24,000 nucleotides of DNA from Candidatus Nanopelagicales bacterium (lineage in GTDB: Bacteria; Actinomycetota; Actinomycetes; S36-B12). Below are positions 7,295 through 16,014 of this stretch, piece after piece (the stretch's first letter is position 1; each line of letters begins with the position of its first letter). The translations under genes were made by a program, and so were the position numbers. The notes under the pieces are model-generated. The model was not told where the DNA came from, did no database searches, and was given only the letters and a program-made list of their open reading frames with translations. The DNA is taken from assembly GCA_044240165.1 (NCBI GenBank), contig JBIIAA010000009.1, forward strand, positions 222-24,221, read 5' to 3'.

Positions 7295-7774
7295 ATGTCT
7301 GAATCAATGAGAGTGTCGGTTAGCCGCGAAATCCCGGCTTCAGCCGAGGTCATCTTCTCGATGATCACCCTGCCCGATGGCCACGTGGCAATGGATGGCT
7401 CCGGATCTTTGGTTTCTGCGCCCTCAAATCATCAACTCCAGGCCATTGGCGACAAATTTTTAATGGATATGGCCCGCGAATCCCTTGGTGATATCCCGGA
7501 CTTGGGCAAATATCAGGTTGAGAACGAGGTCCATGCACTCGAAGTAAACCGGCTTCTTGAATGGACCGTTGGAATGGTTGATCGCCCCAAGATTGGCCAT
7601 TTCTATGGCATTCGGCTCACCCCAATTGATACTTCGTTGACACTGGTTGAGAACTACGTGGACTGGAGCGGGGTGCCAGAAAAGTGGCGAACTCGAGTTT
7701 CCTGGCCTGTTGTTCCAGCGAGCATGATGCAGGAATCGCTCGCTCGTTTGGAAGCAGCAATTCTTTCGGCCTGA
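7295..7774 (+). CDS. SRPBCC (polyketide cyclase/START-like) family protein
   Basis: 159 aa with SD GAGGAG upstream. N-terminal pattern VSREIPASAEVIFSMITLPDGHVAMDGSG is typical of SRPBCC proteins. This is a family-level call only. Confidence 0.65.
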   Translation: MSESMRVSVSREIPASAEVIFSMITLPDGHVAMDGSGSLVSAPSNHQLQAIGDKFLMDMARESLGDIPDLGKYQVENEVHALEVNRLLEWTVGMVDRPKIGHFYGIRLTPIDTSLTLVENYVDWSGVPEKWRTRVSWPVVPASMMQESLARLEAAILSA

Positions 7775-7793
7775 ACTTCTGACCGCACATAAC

Positions 7794-7802
7794 TGTGGAT
7801 AA
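7794..7802. promoter_or_regulatory. Perfect DnaA box (TGTGGATAA = TTATCCACA)
   Basis: Exact 9-mer in the 115-bp spacer upstream of fhaA. Confidence 0.4.
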
Positions 7803-7889
7803 CCGGTGATTGCACTTTGCGCAGTCGCGAGTTTCCTCATGGAGTCGGGGTAACATGAACAGACTGCTTTCGAGATAAATGGGGTTCTT

Positions 7890-8591
7890 GTGGGTCTGCT
7901 TACTCGGTTTGAGGATTCCCTCGACCGGATGGTGAACGGAGCCTTCGCACGAGCCTTTAAGGCAGAGGTGCAGCCTGTTGAGATTGCATCTGCCCTCCAG
8001 CGCGAGCTCGACGACCGAGCCGCAATCATCGATCGCGAACGAACCATCGTTCCGAATATCTTTCATATTGAACTATCGCCTCACGATTACACCCGACTAG
8101 CCGTGTTTCGCGATGCCTTGCAAGGTGAGCTGACCAACTTGGTGAAGGGCTACGCCACCGAGCAGCGTTACACGCTTCTTGGCACAGTGCAGATCGTTAT
8201 CTCCCAAGATGATGACCTCGATACCGGGATTTTCCGGGTTCGCAGCGAGGCTCGAGCTGAAGTCGCCGCAAAAGGAACCACCGATCTTGATAGTGCTGCG
8301 GGTGCTGCAGTCATTGCCCACCAGCCGCGGCTTGAAATTGGCCGCACCGCCTACCCACTCGTTCGCGCCGTCACTCGCATCGGCCGAGGCGCTGACGTTG
8401 ACATCCGCATTGATGATCCCGGAACTTCACGCAACCACTGCGAAATATTGATGGGTTCACCCTTGATTCTTCGAGATTTGAACTCCACAAACGGCACGAT
8501 GGTCCAAGGAAAACGAATCACGGAACTACCACTGACCGAAGGAACCGCGATTCAGATCGGTTCTACAACACTCGTCTTTCGGAACAGCTAA
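7890..8591 (+). CDS. fhaA: FhaA: DUF3662 N-domain plus C-terminal FHA domain
   Basis: GTG start giving MGLLTRFEDSLDRMVNGAFARAF. The C-terminal FHA motifs are RIGRGADVDIRIDD...SRNHCEI...DLNSTNGT. Synteny with Rv0020c. Confidence 0.9.
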   Translation: MGLLTRFEDSLDRMVNGAFARAFKAEVQPVEIASALQRELDDRAAIIDRERTIVPNIFHIELSPHDYTRLAVFRDALQGELTNLVKGYATEQRYTLLGTVQIVISQDDDLDTGIFRVRSEARAEVAAKGTTDLDSAAGAAVIAHQPRLEIGRTAYPLVRAVTRIGRGADVDIRIDDPGTSRNHCEILMGSPLILRDLNSTNGTMVQGKRITELPLTEGTAIQIGSTTLVFRNS

Positions 8592-8594
8592 GTC

Positions 8595-9074
8595 GTGTCC
8601 GAACTCGGACTTACACTCGCCCGGTTAGCTTTCCTGGGCCTACTTTGGTTGTTCGTTCTTGCAACAGTGCTTGTGCTGCGCCGAGATCTCTTGCAGCCCG
8701 CAGAAGCACGCCCCATCGCGTTGGGTCGAACGGCGCGTCCGGCTAAAGCAGCGAAAATCCCCAAGAACAAAACATCGAAGCTCCGCGGAGCAAAATTGAT
8801 TGTCACTGAAGGCGCCCTTGCTGGCACGGTCGTGCCCCTTCTGACTGCAGACGTCACCATTGGTCGCGCCCCTGATTCAACTGTTGTTGTCGATGATGAT
8901 TACGCGTCGAGTCGGCACACGCGCGTGTTCAATACCGACGGTGTGTGGATGGTTGAGGATTTGGGTTCAACGAACGGCACGTGGATTGATCGCACCCGCA
9001 TCACGGCTCCAACTGCGCTTCCCGTTGGTGTGCCATTGCGCGTAGGTCGCACCACGTTGCTTTTGCAGAAATAG
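8595..9074 (+). CDS. fhaB: FhaB/FipA: membrane-anchored FHA-domain protein
   Basis: N-terminal TM LARLAFLGLLWLFVLATVLVL. FHA motifs TIGRAPDSTVVVDD...SSRHTRV...DLGSTNGT. Confidence 0.9.
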   Translation: MSELGLTLARLAFLGLLWLFVLATVLVLRRDLLQPAEARPIALGRTARPAKAAKIPKNKTSKLRGAKLIVTEGALAGTVVPLLTADVTIGRAPDSTVVVDDDYASSRHTRVFNTDGVWMVEDLGSTNGTWIDRTRITAPTALPVGVPLRVGRTTLLLQK

Positions 9075-9086
9075 ATCGGGCACCAG

Positions 9087-10361
9087 ATGCAACTGCGATA
9101 TGCCGCCCGCTCCGATGTTGGCCTTGTACGTCAAGGAAATGAAGACTCGGGCTACGCCGGACCGCGTTTGCTCGTGGTTGCTGACGGCATGGGTGGTCAC
9201 GCAGCCGGTGAACTTGCCTCAGCAACAGCTGTCGCGATGCTTGCCGACCTTGATGCCCACCCACCCGCTGAACCCGTAACTGCGCTGAACGATGTTGTCG
9301 GGCGCATTGCCGCAACCCTTGTTGCAATGGTGCAAGAAGACGAAGAAGTGCAGGGCATGGGCACCACTGTTACCGGTATCTATTGGACTGGCGATCGCCT
9401 GGCCATCGTCCACGTTGGTGATTCGCGCGCTTACTTATTACGCGACGGTGAGCTCTCACAACTCACACACGATCACACCTACGTGCAAACCTTGGTTGAC
9501 GCTGGTGAAATCTCTGAGGAAGAAGCCGCGATTCATCCTCGTCGCTCACTCTTGATGCGTGCCTTAGACGGAGTGAATCCGGTTGAAGCAGACCTCTCGG
9601 TCCGTGAAGCTCGCGCCGATGATCGATTGCTCTTATGTTCAGATGGACTTTCTGGAGTTCTCACCTCCCAAGAAATCCATGCACTGCTCTCAAATGGGGA
9701 ACCAACCGGCTGTGTAAGTCGCCTCGTTGATCTTGCCCTTGAGCGAGGGGCTCCTGACAACGTCACAGTCGTGGTCGCTGATGTAATTGACTACGAATTA
9801 GCTATCGAAGATTCACAAACCTTGCCTGTTGTCGTGGGTGCGGCTGGCGAACTTCGAGTTCGTGAACGCCTGCCCCGCGTGCAATTCCCACTCGATGCCG
9901 AACCTGACCCGGAAAATGTTTTACTCGCTACAGCCCGTGCGGTCGCTGTGACACCAGAAAGTGCTCTTGAAGTTCGGACCCGCGAAGTGCGTCGACGCAG
10001 ATACGTCCGTACCGGTGTGGTGTTGGGGCTCATCGCACTGTTGCTGATCATTGGCGGTGTCGTTGGTCGGATGTGGATTAGCACTCAGTGGTATGTCAGT
10101 GTTCTTGGTAATCCAGGCACCGGAACAGTTGCGGTGTACAACGGGGTCCCAGGTTCACTACTCGGCATTTCACTCACCTCAGTTTCAACCGATAGCCGCG
10201 TGCCCGTTGGAAACTTGCCACTGTTCGATCAAGAACTTGTCAGCAAAGGAATTCCTGCTGCAAGTGCACTTGACGCTCAGCGAATCATCAATGAGTTAAC
10301 CCAGCGGGCGGCTGAATGCCAAACCGCACCAACTGCAGGTTGCCCGGGGGCTAAGAGCTAA
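9087..10361 (+). CDS. pstP: PP2C Ser/Thr phosphatase PstP
   Basis: RYAARSDVGLVRQGNEDS and ADGMGGHAAGE PP2C motifs, followed by a TM helix and an extracellular tail. Confidence 0.9.
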   Translation: MQLRYAARSDVGLVRQGNEDSGYAGPRLLVVADGMGGHAAGELASATAVAMLADLDAHPPAEPVTALNDVVGRIAATLVAMVQEDEEVQGMGTTVTGIYWTGDRLAIVHVGDSRAYLLRDGELSQLTHDHTYVQTLVDAGEISEEEAAIHPRRSLLMRALDGVNPVEADLSVREARADDRLLLCSDGLSGVLTSQEIHALLSNGEPTGCVSRLVDLALERGAPDNVTVVVADVIDYELAIEDSQTLPVVVGAAGELRVRERLPRVQFPLDAEPDPENVLLATARAVAVTPESALEVRTREVRRRRYVRTGVVLGLIALLLIIGGVVGRMWISTQWYVSVLGNPGTGTVAVYNGVPGSLLGISLTSVSTDSRVPVGNLPLFDQELVSKGIPAASALDAQRIINELTQRAAECQTAPTAGCPGAKS

Positions 10362-11755
10362 TGGCCTTCACTTCGGTACCCACACGTCAGCCCAACCGTC
10401 GCAACACAGAGTTAATGCTGGTTATTGCTGCCTGGGTGTTGGGAGTGGCTGGCACGATGCAGATTGCATGGGCTACCGGCGAAGGCATGACACCACGACT
10501 GTGGATCACCGTGGTGATTGTTGGCATTCTGGCTGGTGCAATGCATGTTGCCGTTCGATTAAAAGCTGAATACGCCGATCCCTTGTTCTTGCCACTCGCA
10601 ACCTTGCTCACCATCTTGGGCTTGGTCATGATCTACCGCATTGATGTAGCCACTGCCTTGCGTGCAGCCCGTAACGACGCGCCTGTTCCTACCCCAGACG
10701 TATACGCGCAACTCACTTGGTTCACCGTTGCAGTGGTGTTGTTCATCGCCGTTTTAGTGCTAGTTCATGACCATCGGCGTCTACAGCGTTTCACTTACAC
10801 CTTTGGCCTCATTGGTCTTCTTGGCTTGCTGCTGCCGTTACTTCCGCTGATCGGCAATACCGTCAACGGCGCAACACTTTGGATACGAGTCTTCGGCTTG
10901 TCTTTTCAACCTGCCGAAGCTTCGAAGATTTTCCTCACGATCTTTTTCGCTGGCTATCTCGTGATGAAGCGTGACTCACTTGCCCTCGTGCGTACCAAAG
11001 TCTTGGGTGTTGGCTTTCCCCGACCAAAAGATGCAGGCCCACTGGTTGTTGCGTGGATTATTTCCCTAGGCGTACTGATTTTTCAGCGTGACCTAGGCAC
11101 CTCACTTTTGTTCTTCGGACTGTTCGTCTTGATGCTCTACATCGCAACGCAACGTCGTTCCTGGCTCATCATTGGCGCATCGCTCTTTTCTGTCGGCGCG
11201 ATCCTGGCCTACTTTGCCTTTGGACACGTCCGCCTGCGCGTAGATATTTGGTGGGACCCGTGGGGCGACGCGAACAACACCGGATACCAGCTCGTGCAAT
11301 CCCTTTACGGCTTTGCTAGCGGTGGATTATTCGGCAGCGGTCTCGGTCAAGGCTTCCCTGAATTTGTACCTTTCGCCAATACCGACTTCATTGTTGCAGC
11401 CATTGGTGAAGAGCTCGGACTCGTCGGCATGTGCGCTCTGCTGCTGTTCTTTGGCGTTTTGATTGAGCGCGGACTTCGCACAGCAATCGCTGTCCGAGAT
11501 TCCTTCGGGCAATTACTGGCTGTCGGACTTTCCATCGTTTTGGCACTTCAACTCTTTGTGATTGTTGGCGGCGTAACCCGCTTGATTCCACTTACTGGAC
11601 TCACCACACCATTTCTTTCTTACGGCGGTTCCTCCCTCGTTGCTAACTGGGTGATCATCGCGCTCTTGATTCGCATCTCTGACCGAGCACGTCGCCCTGA
11701 TGTCTTTGTGCCGTCAGTTGATGAAGCATTCACGCAGGTGGTGCGACGCGTATGA
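10361..11755 (+). CDS. rodA: FtsW/RodA/SpoVE (SEDS) family peptidoglycan polymerase
   Basis: Polytopic membrane protein with conserved SEDS C-terminal motifs (TDFIVAAIGEELG, PLTGLTTPFLSYGGSS). Its ATG shares one nucleotide with the pstP stop (TAATG). Confidence 0.9.
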   Translation: MAFTSVPTRQPNRRNTELMLVIAAWVLGVAGTMQIAWATGEGMTPRLWITVVIVGILAGAMHVAVRLKAEYADPLFLPLATLLTILGLVMIYRIDVATALRAARNDAPVPTPDVYAQLTWFTVAVVLFIAVLVLVHDHRRLQRFTYTFGLIGLLGLLLPLLPLIGNTVNGATLWIRVFGLSFQPAEASKIFLTIFFAGYLVMKRDSLALVRTKVLGVGFPRPKDAGPLVVAWIISLGVLIFQRDLGTSLLFFGLFVLMLYIATQRRSWLIIGASLFSVGAILAYFAFGHVRLRVDIWWDPWGDANNTGYQLVQSLYGFASGGLFGSGLGQGFPEFVPFANTDFIVAAIGEELGLVGMCALLLFFGVLIERGLRTAIAVRDSFGQLLAVGLSIVLALQLFVIVGGVTRLIPLTGLTTPFLSYGGSSLVANWVIIALLIRISDRARRPDVFVPSVDEAFTQVVRRV

Positions 11756-13200
11756 ACCGTCCCATTCGTCGCGTAGGTGCCGTGCTGGCGGTGTTACTCC
11801 TAGCAATGATCGCCAACGTCACGTTTATTCAAGTCTTTCAGGCAGCTGACTATCGAGAGCGCCCCGGAAATCAAAGGCAGTTACTTGCCCAATACGACCG
11901 TGAGCGGGGACCCATCGTCGCCGCAACTGACGCCGTAGCGCGATCCATCGAAACGGGCGATTCACTTCGTTATCAACGCGTGTATTCCAATGGGCCGGTG
12001 TACGCGCCCATCACCGGCTTTGATTCGCTTGTCTATGGAACAACAGGATTAGAGCGCACTGAAAACAAGATCCTAAATGGAAGTTCCGACCTACTCTTTG
12101 TAGATCGCACCAAGCAACTCTTTGCTGGTCGTCAAGTTCAAGGTGGCTCAGTTGTCACCACGATTAATCCCGATGCTCAGTTGGCTGCCTTCCAAGGTTT
12201 AGGAACCAAAGTCGGATCAGTGGTTGCAATCGAACCTTCAACCGGAAAGATTCTTGCCTCTGCGCAATCACCTTCCTTTGATCCCAATCTTCTATCCAGC
12301 CACGAACCGGCGAATATCCGCACCTACTACGAATCGCTCACTGCTAATCCAGACAAGCCGTTACTCAATCGCCCGATCGTTGCACTTAATCCACCGGGTT
12401 CAACTTTTAAATTGGTGGTCACAGCGGCGGCACTAGCGTCGGGTAGGTTCACAGCTGAATCACTTCTTCCTGGACCGCGAACCTATAGATTGCCCAACAC
12501 AACAACGTTCCTCAACAACTGGAACCGCCAAGCTTGTAGTCCTTCAGGCATGATCAGCCTGCGCGGTGCCCTTGCGTTGTCGTGCAACACCGCCTTTGCT
12601 TGGTTAGGCAATGAACTTGGTGCCGAAGCCTTACGTAAGCAAGCTCAACTCATGGGCTTTGACACACGATTTGAATTGCCCCTTCGGGCTGCGCGTTCAA
12701 CCTTCCCCGTTGATCCTGATGCACCGCAAACATCTTTGAGCGCAATTGGTCAATATGAGGTTCGTGCCACCGCCCTGCAAATGGCGATGGTTGGTGCCGC
12801 AATCGGAAATAAGGGCGTGCTGATGAACCCATTTATGGTTCAAGAAATTCGCGGGCCTGACCTTTCTATTCTGCGCACCACTCAGCCTTCAATTTTTAAC
12901 CAAGCAATGACGGTCACGAATGCCGCGATTGAAACCGAAATGATGGTCAACGTCGTCAACAATGGCACGGGGTCAAACGCTCGAATCTCGGGAATTTCTG
13001 TGGCAGGCAAGACCGGCACCGCCCAAACGGGCAATGCGCGGCCTTCTGTTGCGTGGTTCGTCGCATTTGCACCGGCAAATAATCCAAAGGTTGCCGTTGC
13101 GGTGTGTATCGAGCAAGCCGGACTCGCGGAAATTAGCGGAAACGGCTTGGCAGCACCGATCGCAAAGAAGGTCATACAGGCTGTTCTCAAACTATCGTGA
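11752..13200 (+). CDS. pbpA: Class B penicillin-binding protein PbpA (transpeptidase)
   Basis: STFK, SCN and KTGT motifs with an N-terminal TM anchor. ATGA overlap with rodA. Confidence 0.9.
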   Translation: MNRPIRRVGAVLAVLLLAMIANVTFIQVFQAADYRERPGNQRQLLAQYDRERGPIVAATDAVARSIETGDSLRYQRVYSNGPVYAPITGFDSLVYGTTGLERTENKILNGSSDLLFVDRTKQLFAGRQVQGGSVVTTINPDAQLAAFQGLGTKVGSVVAIEPSTGKILASAQSPSFDPNLLSSHEPANIRTYYESLTANPDKPLLNRPIVALNPPGSTFKLVVTAAALASGRFTAESLLPGPRTYRLPNTTTFLNNWNRQACSPSGMISLRGALALSCNTAFAWLGNELGAEALRKQAQLMGFDTRFELPLRAARSTFPVDPDAPQTSLSAIGQYEVRATALQMAMVGAAIGNKGVLMNPFMVQEIRGPDLSILRTTQPSIFNQAMTVTNAAIETEMMVNVVNNGTGSNARISGISVAGKTGTAQTGNARPSVAWFVAFAPANNPKVAVAVCIEQAGLAEISGNGLAAPIAKKVIQAVLKLS

Positions 13201-13242
13201 GACCACCTGCGACAATACGAGTCCTAACGTGATGGAGGGTAA

Positions 13243-14946
13243 GTGAGCAACGTACGCATGCTCGGTGATCGCTATGAAATTGGCGAGGTCATTGGGCGTG
13301 GAGGCATGGCTGAAGTCCATGAGTCACGGGACATTCGCCTTGGCCGCCGTGTTGCCATCAAAATCTTGCGTCCAGATTTAGCTCGTGACCCAGATTTTCA
13401 GGTTCGTTTTCGTCGCGAGGCACAGTCAGCCGCAGCGCTCAATCATCCAAATATCGTCGCGGTATATGACACCGGTGAAGATCGCCTTGATGTTGAAGAG
13501 GGCCAAACGCAAATTGTCGTTCCCTACATCGTGATGGAATTTGTTGATGGCATGACCCTGCGTCAACTCTTAGCATCGGGACGACGTTTACTTCCAGAAC
13601 GTGCACTTGAAATTGCTGCAGGCGTACTTTCGGGTCTGGACTACGCACATCGCCACGGGATCGTGCATCGCGATATCAAACCAGGCAACGTGATGTTGAC
13701 GCGTTCCGGTGATGTCAAAGTCATGGACTTTGGTATTGCACGGGCAATCAATGAATTGAACACTTCGATCACTGCGACATCGGCAGTCATGGGGACTGCT
13801 CAATACCTTTCACCAGAGCAGGCACGTGGCGAGATTGTTGACGCTCGCAGCGATCTTTACAGCACTGGTGTGTTGTTGTACGAACTCCTCACAGGTCGGC
13901 CACCATTCACTGGCGAATCAGCTGTGTCTGTCGCCTACCAACATGTGTCAGAAATGCCGACTCCGCCATCGCAAATTGATGATGGTGTCTCCCCTGAAAT
14001 TGACCTCATTGTTTTAGCTGCCTTGGCAAAACGAACCGACGAGCGTTACCAAACTGCAAGCGAATTTCGTTCTGATGTTGAGCGAATGATCCAAGGTGGT
14101 CCGATGACCACGGCAGTGCCCATCGTGATGGCCAATGACTACACCCAAATGCTTTCACCCGTTGAAGCCTCGGGCACAGCTGCTTACGCTCGGGCGCTGC
14201 AGCCACAAAAGCGTCGTCGTGGAGTTGGTTTCTGGTCTATCGCCGGTGCGATTGTGCTCGGAATCGTTGCCGCCGTATTGTTTGCCGGCCAATTCATTCT
14301 TGGCGGAGCAAGCGCTCGAGTTACGGTGCCAAACCTTGAAGGTCTAACGATCCAGAGTGCCCAACAACTGTTGGTAGCTAACAACTTAATTCTGGGTGGG
14401 CAAACAGCTGAAGTGTCCGACCGTCCTGAGGGTCGAGTCATTGCGCAACAGCCAGCAAGTGGCGAGACCATCGAAGAGGGTCAAGCCGTCAACGTCTCGG
14501 TGAGCAGCGGAAAAGAGAAAGCGACCGTCCCGCAACTCGTTGGTTTGTCTTCTGTTAATGACGCGCGTACGGCGCTGTCCGATGCCAATCTTCAAATCGG
14601 ACCGATCACGGAACAAGATTCACAGCAACCTGCCGGCTATGTACTTTCACAATCTCCGCTTGAGAGTATTCAAGTCGATGCAGGTAGCACCGTTGCGATC
14701 ACGATTGCTTCTGGCACACGGACAGTGCCTCAGGTCATTGGCAACTCCGAAGCTCAGGCCAGAAGTAATATCGTTCAAGCCGGCTTTGATCCACAAGTGA
14801 TTTACCAAGATATTGGTACAGATATTGCAGCTGGCACTGTGCTTGCGCAATCACCTCAAGGTGGGGCCAAACTCGATCGTGGATCAGTAGTCACGATCAC
14901 TATTGGTCGATTGGCGGCTACTACTCCTGCTCCAGCAGTTCCGTAA
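13243..14946 (+). CDS. pknB: Ser/Thr protein kinase PknB with three extracellular PASTA domains
   Basis: GTG start after SD GGAGGG. Hanks kinase motifs GRGGMAEV, HRDIKPGN, DFG and SPEQ. One TM helix, then three PASTA-like repeats by eye. Confidence 0.95.
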   Translation: MSNVRMLGDRYEIGEVIGRGGMAEVHESRDIRLGRRVAIKILRPDLARDPDFQVRFRREAQSAAALNHPNIVAVYDTGEDRLDVEEGQTQIVVPYIVMEFVDGMTLRQLLASGRRLLPERALEIAAGVLSGLDYAHRHGIVHRDIKPGNVMLTRSGDVKVMDFGIARAINELNTSITATSAVMGTAQYLSPEQARGEIVDARSDLYSTGVLLYELLTGRPPFTGESAVSVAYQHVSEMPTPPSQIDDGVSPEIDLIVLAALAKRTDERYQTASEFRSDVERMIQGGPMTTAVPIVMANDYTQMLSPVEASGTAAYARALQPQKRRRGVGFWSIAGAIVLGIVAAVLFAGQFILGGASARVTVPNLEGLTIQSAQQLLVANNLILGGQTAEVSDRPEGRVIAQQPASGETIEEGQAVNVSVSSGKEKATVPQLVGLSSVNDARTALSDANLQIGPITEQDSQQPAGYVLSQSPLESIQVDAGSTVAITIASGTRTVPQVIGNSEAQARSNIVQAGFDPQVIYQDIGTDIAAGTVLAQSPQGGAKLDRGSVVTITIGRLAATTPAPAVP

Positions 14947-14966
14947 TCTCATTGCGGAACCGTGTG

Positions 14967-14994
14967 TAACTGCGGAAAGTTGCGCAGTTATTTA
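14967..14994 (+). terminator. Hairpin terminator after pknB, abutting the convergent trpG stop
   Basis: TAACTGCG-gaaagttg-CGCAGTTA followed by TTTAG. Confidence 0.5.
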
Positions 14995-15612
14995 GTGATG
15001 CACGACCGGAGCTAGACCTTCACTTTTCTTCAAGGCTTCTTTATCGCCGCACTCGGTGAGCCAGTTCGCCAACATGCGGTGGCCGCCTTCGGTGAGCACC
15101 GATTCAGGGTGGAACTGCACACCTTCAATAGCCATAGTGCGATGACGAATACCCATGATGACTCCGGTGTCAGTTTCACCTGTTACGAAAAGTACATCGG
15201 GCATCGTCTGAGGTTCAACAGCAAGTGAGTGATAGCGAGTTGCAGTGAAAGGTTCTGGGAGTCCAGCCATCACGCCAACCTCGCGGTGATGCACCAGCGA
15301 GACCTTGCCGTGAACAAGTTCAGGTGCTCGATCTACGGTGGCCCCAAAAGCTGCAGCAATCGCCTGGTGGCCTAGGCAGACTCCAAAGATCGGCACTTTG
15401 CCGCCACATTCACGAACGATGTCCATACAGACACCAGCATCTTGGGGCGTTCCTGGTCCGGGCGACAGCAAAATGCCATCAAAATCCAGCGCTTGGTCGG
15501 GCGTGACCTCGTCATTTCGCTTCACCGTGACCTCGGCGCCAAGCTGGGCGAGGTATTGAACGAGGTTAAACACAAAAGAGTCGTAGTTGTCCACAACCAA
15601 GATTCGCGTCAC
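14992..15612 (-). CDS. trpG: Anthranilate/aminodeoxychorismate synthase component II (glutamine amidotransferase)
   Basis: MTRILVVDNYDSFVFNLVQYL, GVCLGHQ catalytic Cys, and a HPES-type C-terminus. Syntenic with Rv0013. TrpG cannot be told apart from PabA here. Confidence 0.9.
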   Translation of the reverse strand: MTRILVVDNYDSFVFNLVQYLAQLGAEVTVKRNDEVTPDQALDFDGILLSPGPGTPQDAGVCMDIVRECGGKVPIFGVCLGHQAIAAAFGATVDRAPELVHGKVSLVHHREVGVMAGLPEPFTATRYHSLAVEPQTMPDVLFVTGETDTGVIMGIRHRTMAIEGVQFHPESVLTEGGHRMLANWLTECGDKEALKKSEGLAPVVHH

Positions 15613-15679
15613 AAGGGGTATCTTCTCAGGAGGAAGGTGTCAGTACCAATGCCGCCTCAACTACTGAAAGGTGTGTGCC

Positions 15680-15946
15680 GTGCCGGTGTCCAAGAAACGT
15701 AAGAAGGACGATGGCTTTCAGGCGCCACCAGCCATGGGTGAGCACAAGATTGCCCGTCTTGGTTCCCCACGCTGGCTAGCCCCCGTCATGGTGGCCTGCT
15801 TTGTGGTCGGCTTGCTCTACATCGTGGTCTTTTACATCGCTGGGCAGCAGGTTCCAGTGATGAAAGATCTGGCAAACATCGTGAACGTCGGTATTGGCTT
15901 CGGCTTCATCATCGTGGGGTTCTTCCTCTCCACGAAGTGGCAGTAA
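15680..15946 (+). CDS. crgA: Cell division membrane protein CrgA
   Basis: Product from the GTG at 15680 starts MPVSKKRKK, with two TM helices and the SPRWLAPVM motif. GAAAGG lies 9 nt upstream. The track start at 15671 is an alternative. Confidence 0.85.
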   Translation: MPVSKKRKKDDGFQAPPAMGEHKIARLGSPRWLAPVMVACFVVGLLYIVVFYIAGQQVPVMKDLANIVNVGIGFGFIIVGFFLSTKWQ

Positions 15947-15967
15947 TCCGACTTACACGGCTGTAAT

Positions 15968-15999
15968 TCATCCACATCTGTGGATAAGCCTGTGGATAA
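15968..15999. promoter_or_regulatory. Cluster of three DnaA boxes
   Basis: TCATCCACA (15968-15976, one mismatch), TGTGGATAA (15979-15987) and TGTGGATAA (15991-15999) in the 68-bp spacer between the convergent crgA and rhomboid genes. Confidence 0.5.
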
Positions 16000-16014
16000 A
16001 CCCCTAGTGATGCC

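Noticed and set aside
7460-8066. 195-aa and 149-aa minus-strand ORFs spanning the SRPBCC/fhaA junction
   Set aside because: They overlap two well-supported plus-strand genes and the intergenic spacer. The sequences are low-complexity and Arg/Ser-rich, typical of off-frame translation.
15628-15702. Strong AGGAGG at 15628-15633, followed by a possible 21-codon uORF (GTG 15637, MSVPMPPQLLKGVCRAGVQET) overlapping the crgA start out of frame
   Set aside because: The SD-to-GTG spacing is only 3 nt, the peptide has no notable features, and nothing supports translation. It may be coincidence in the trpG/crgA divergent promoter region, and Ribo-seq would settle it.
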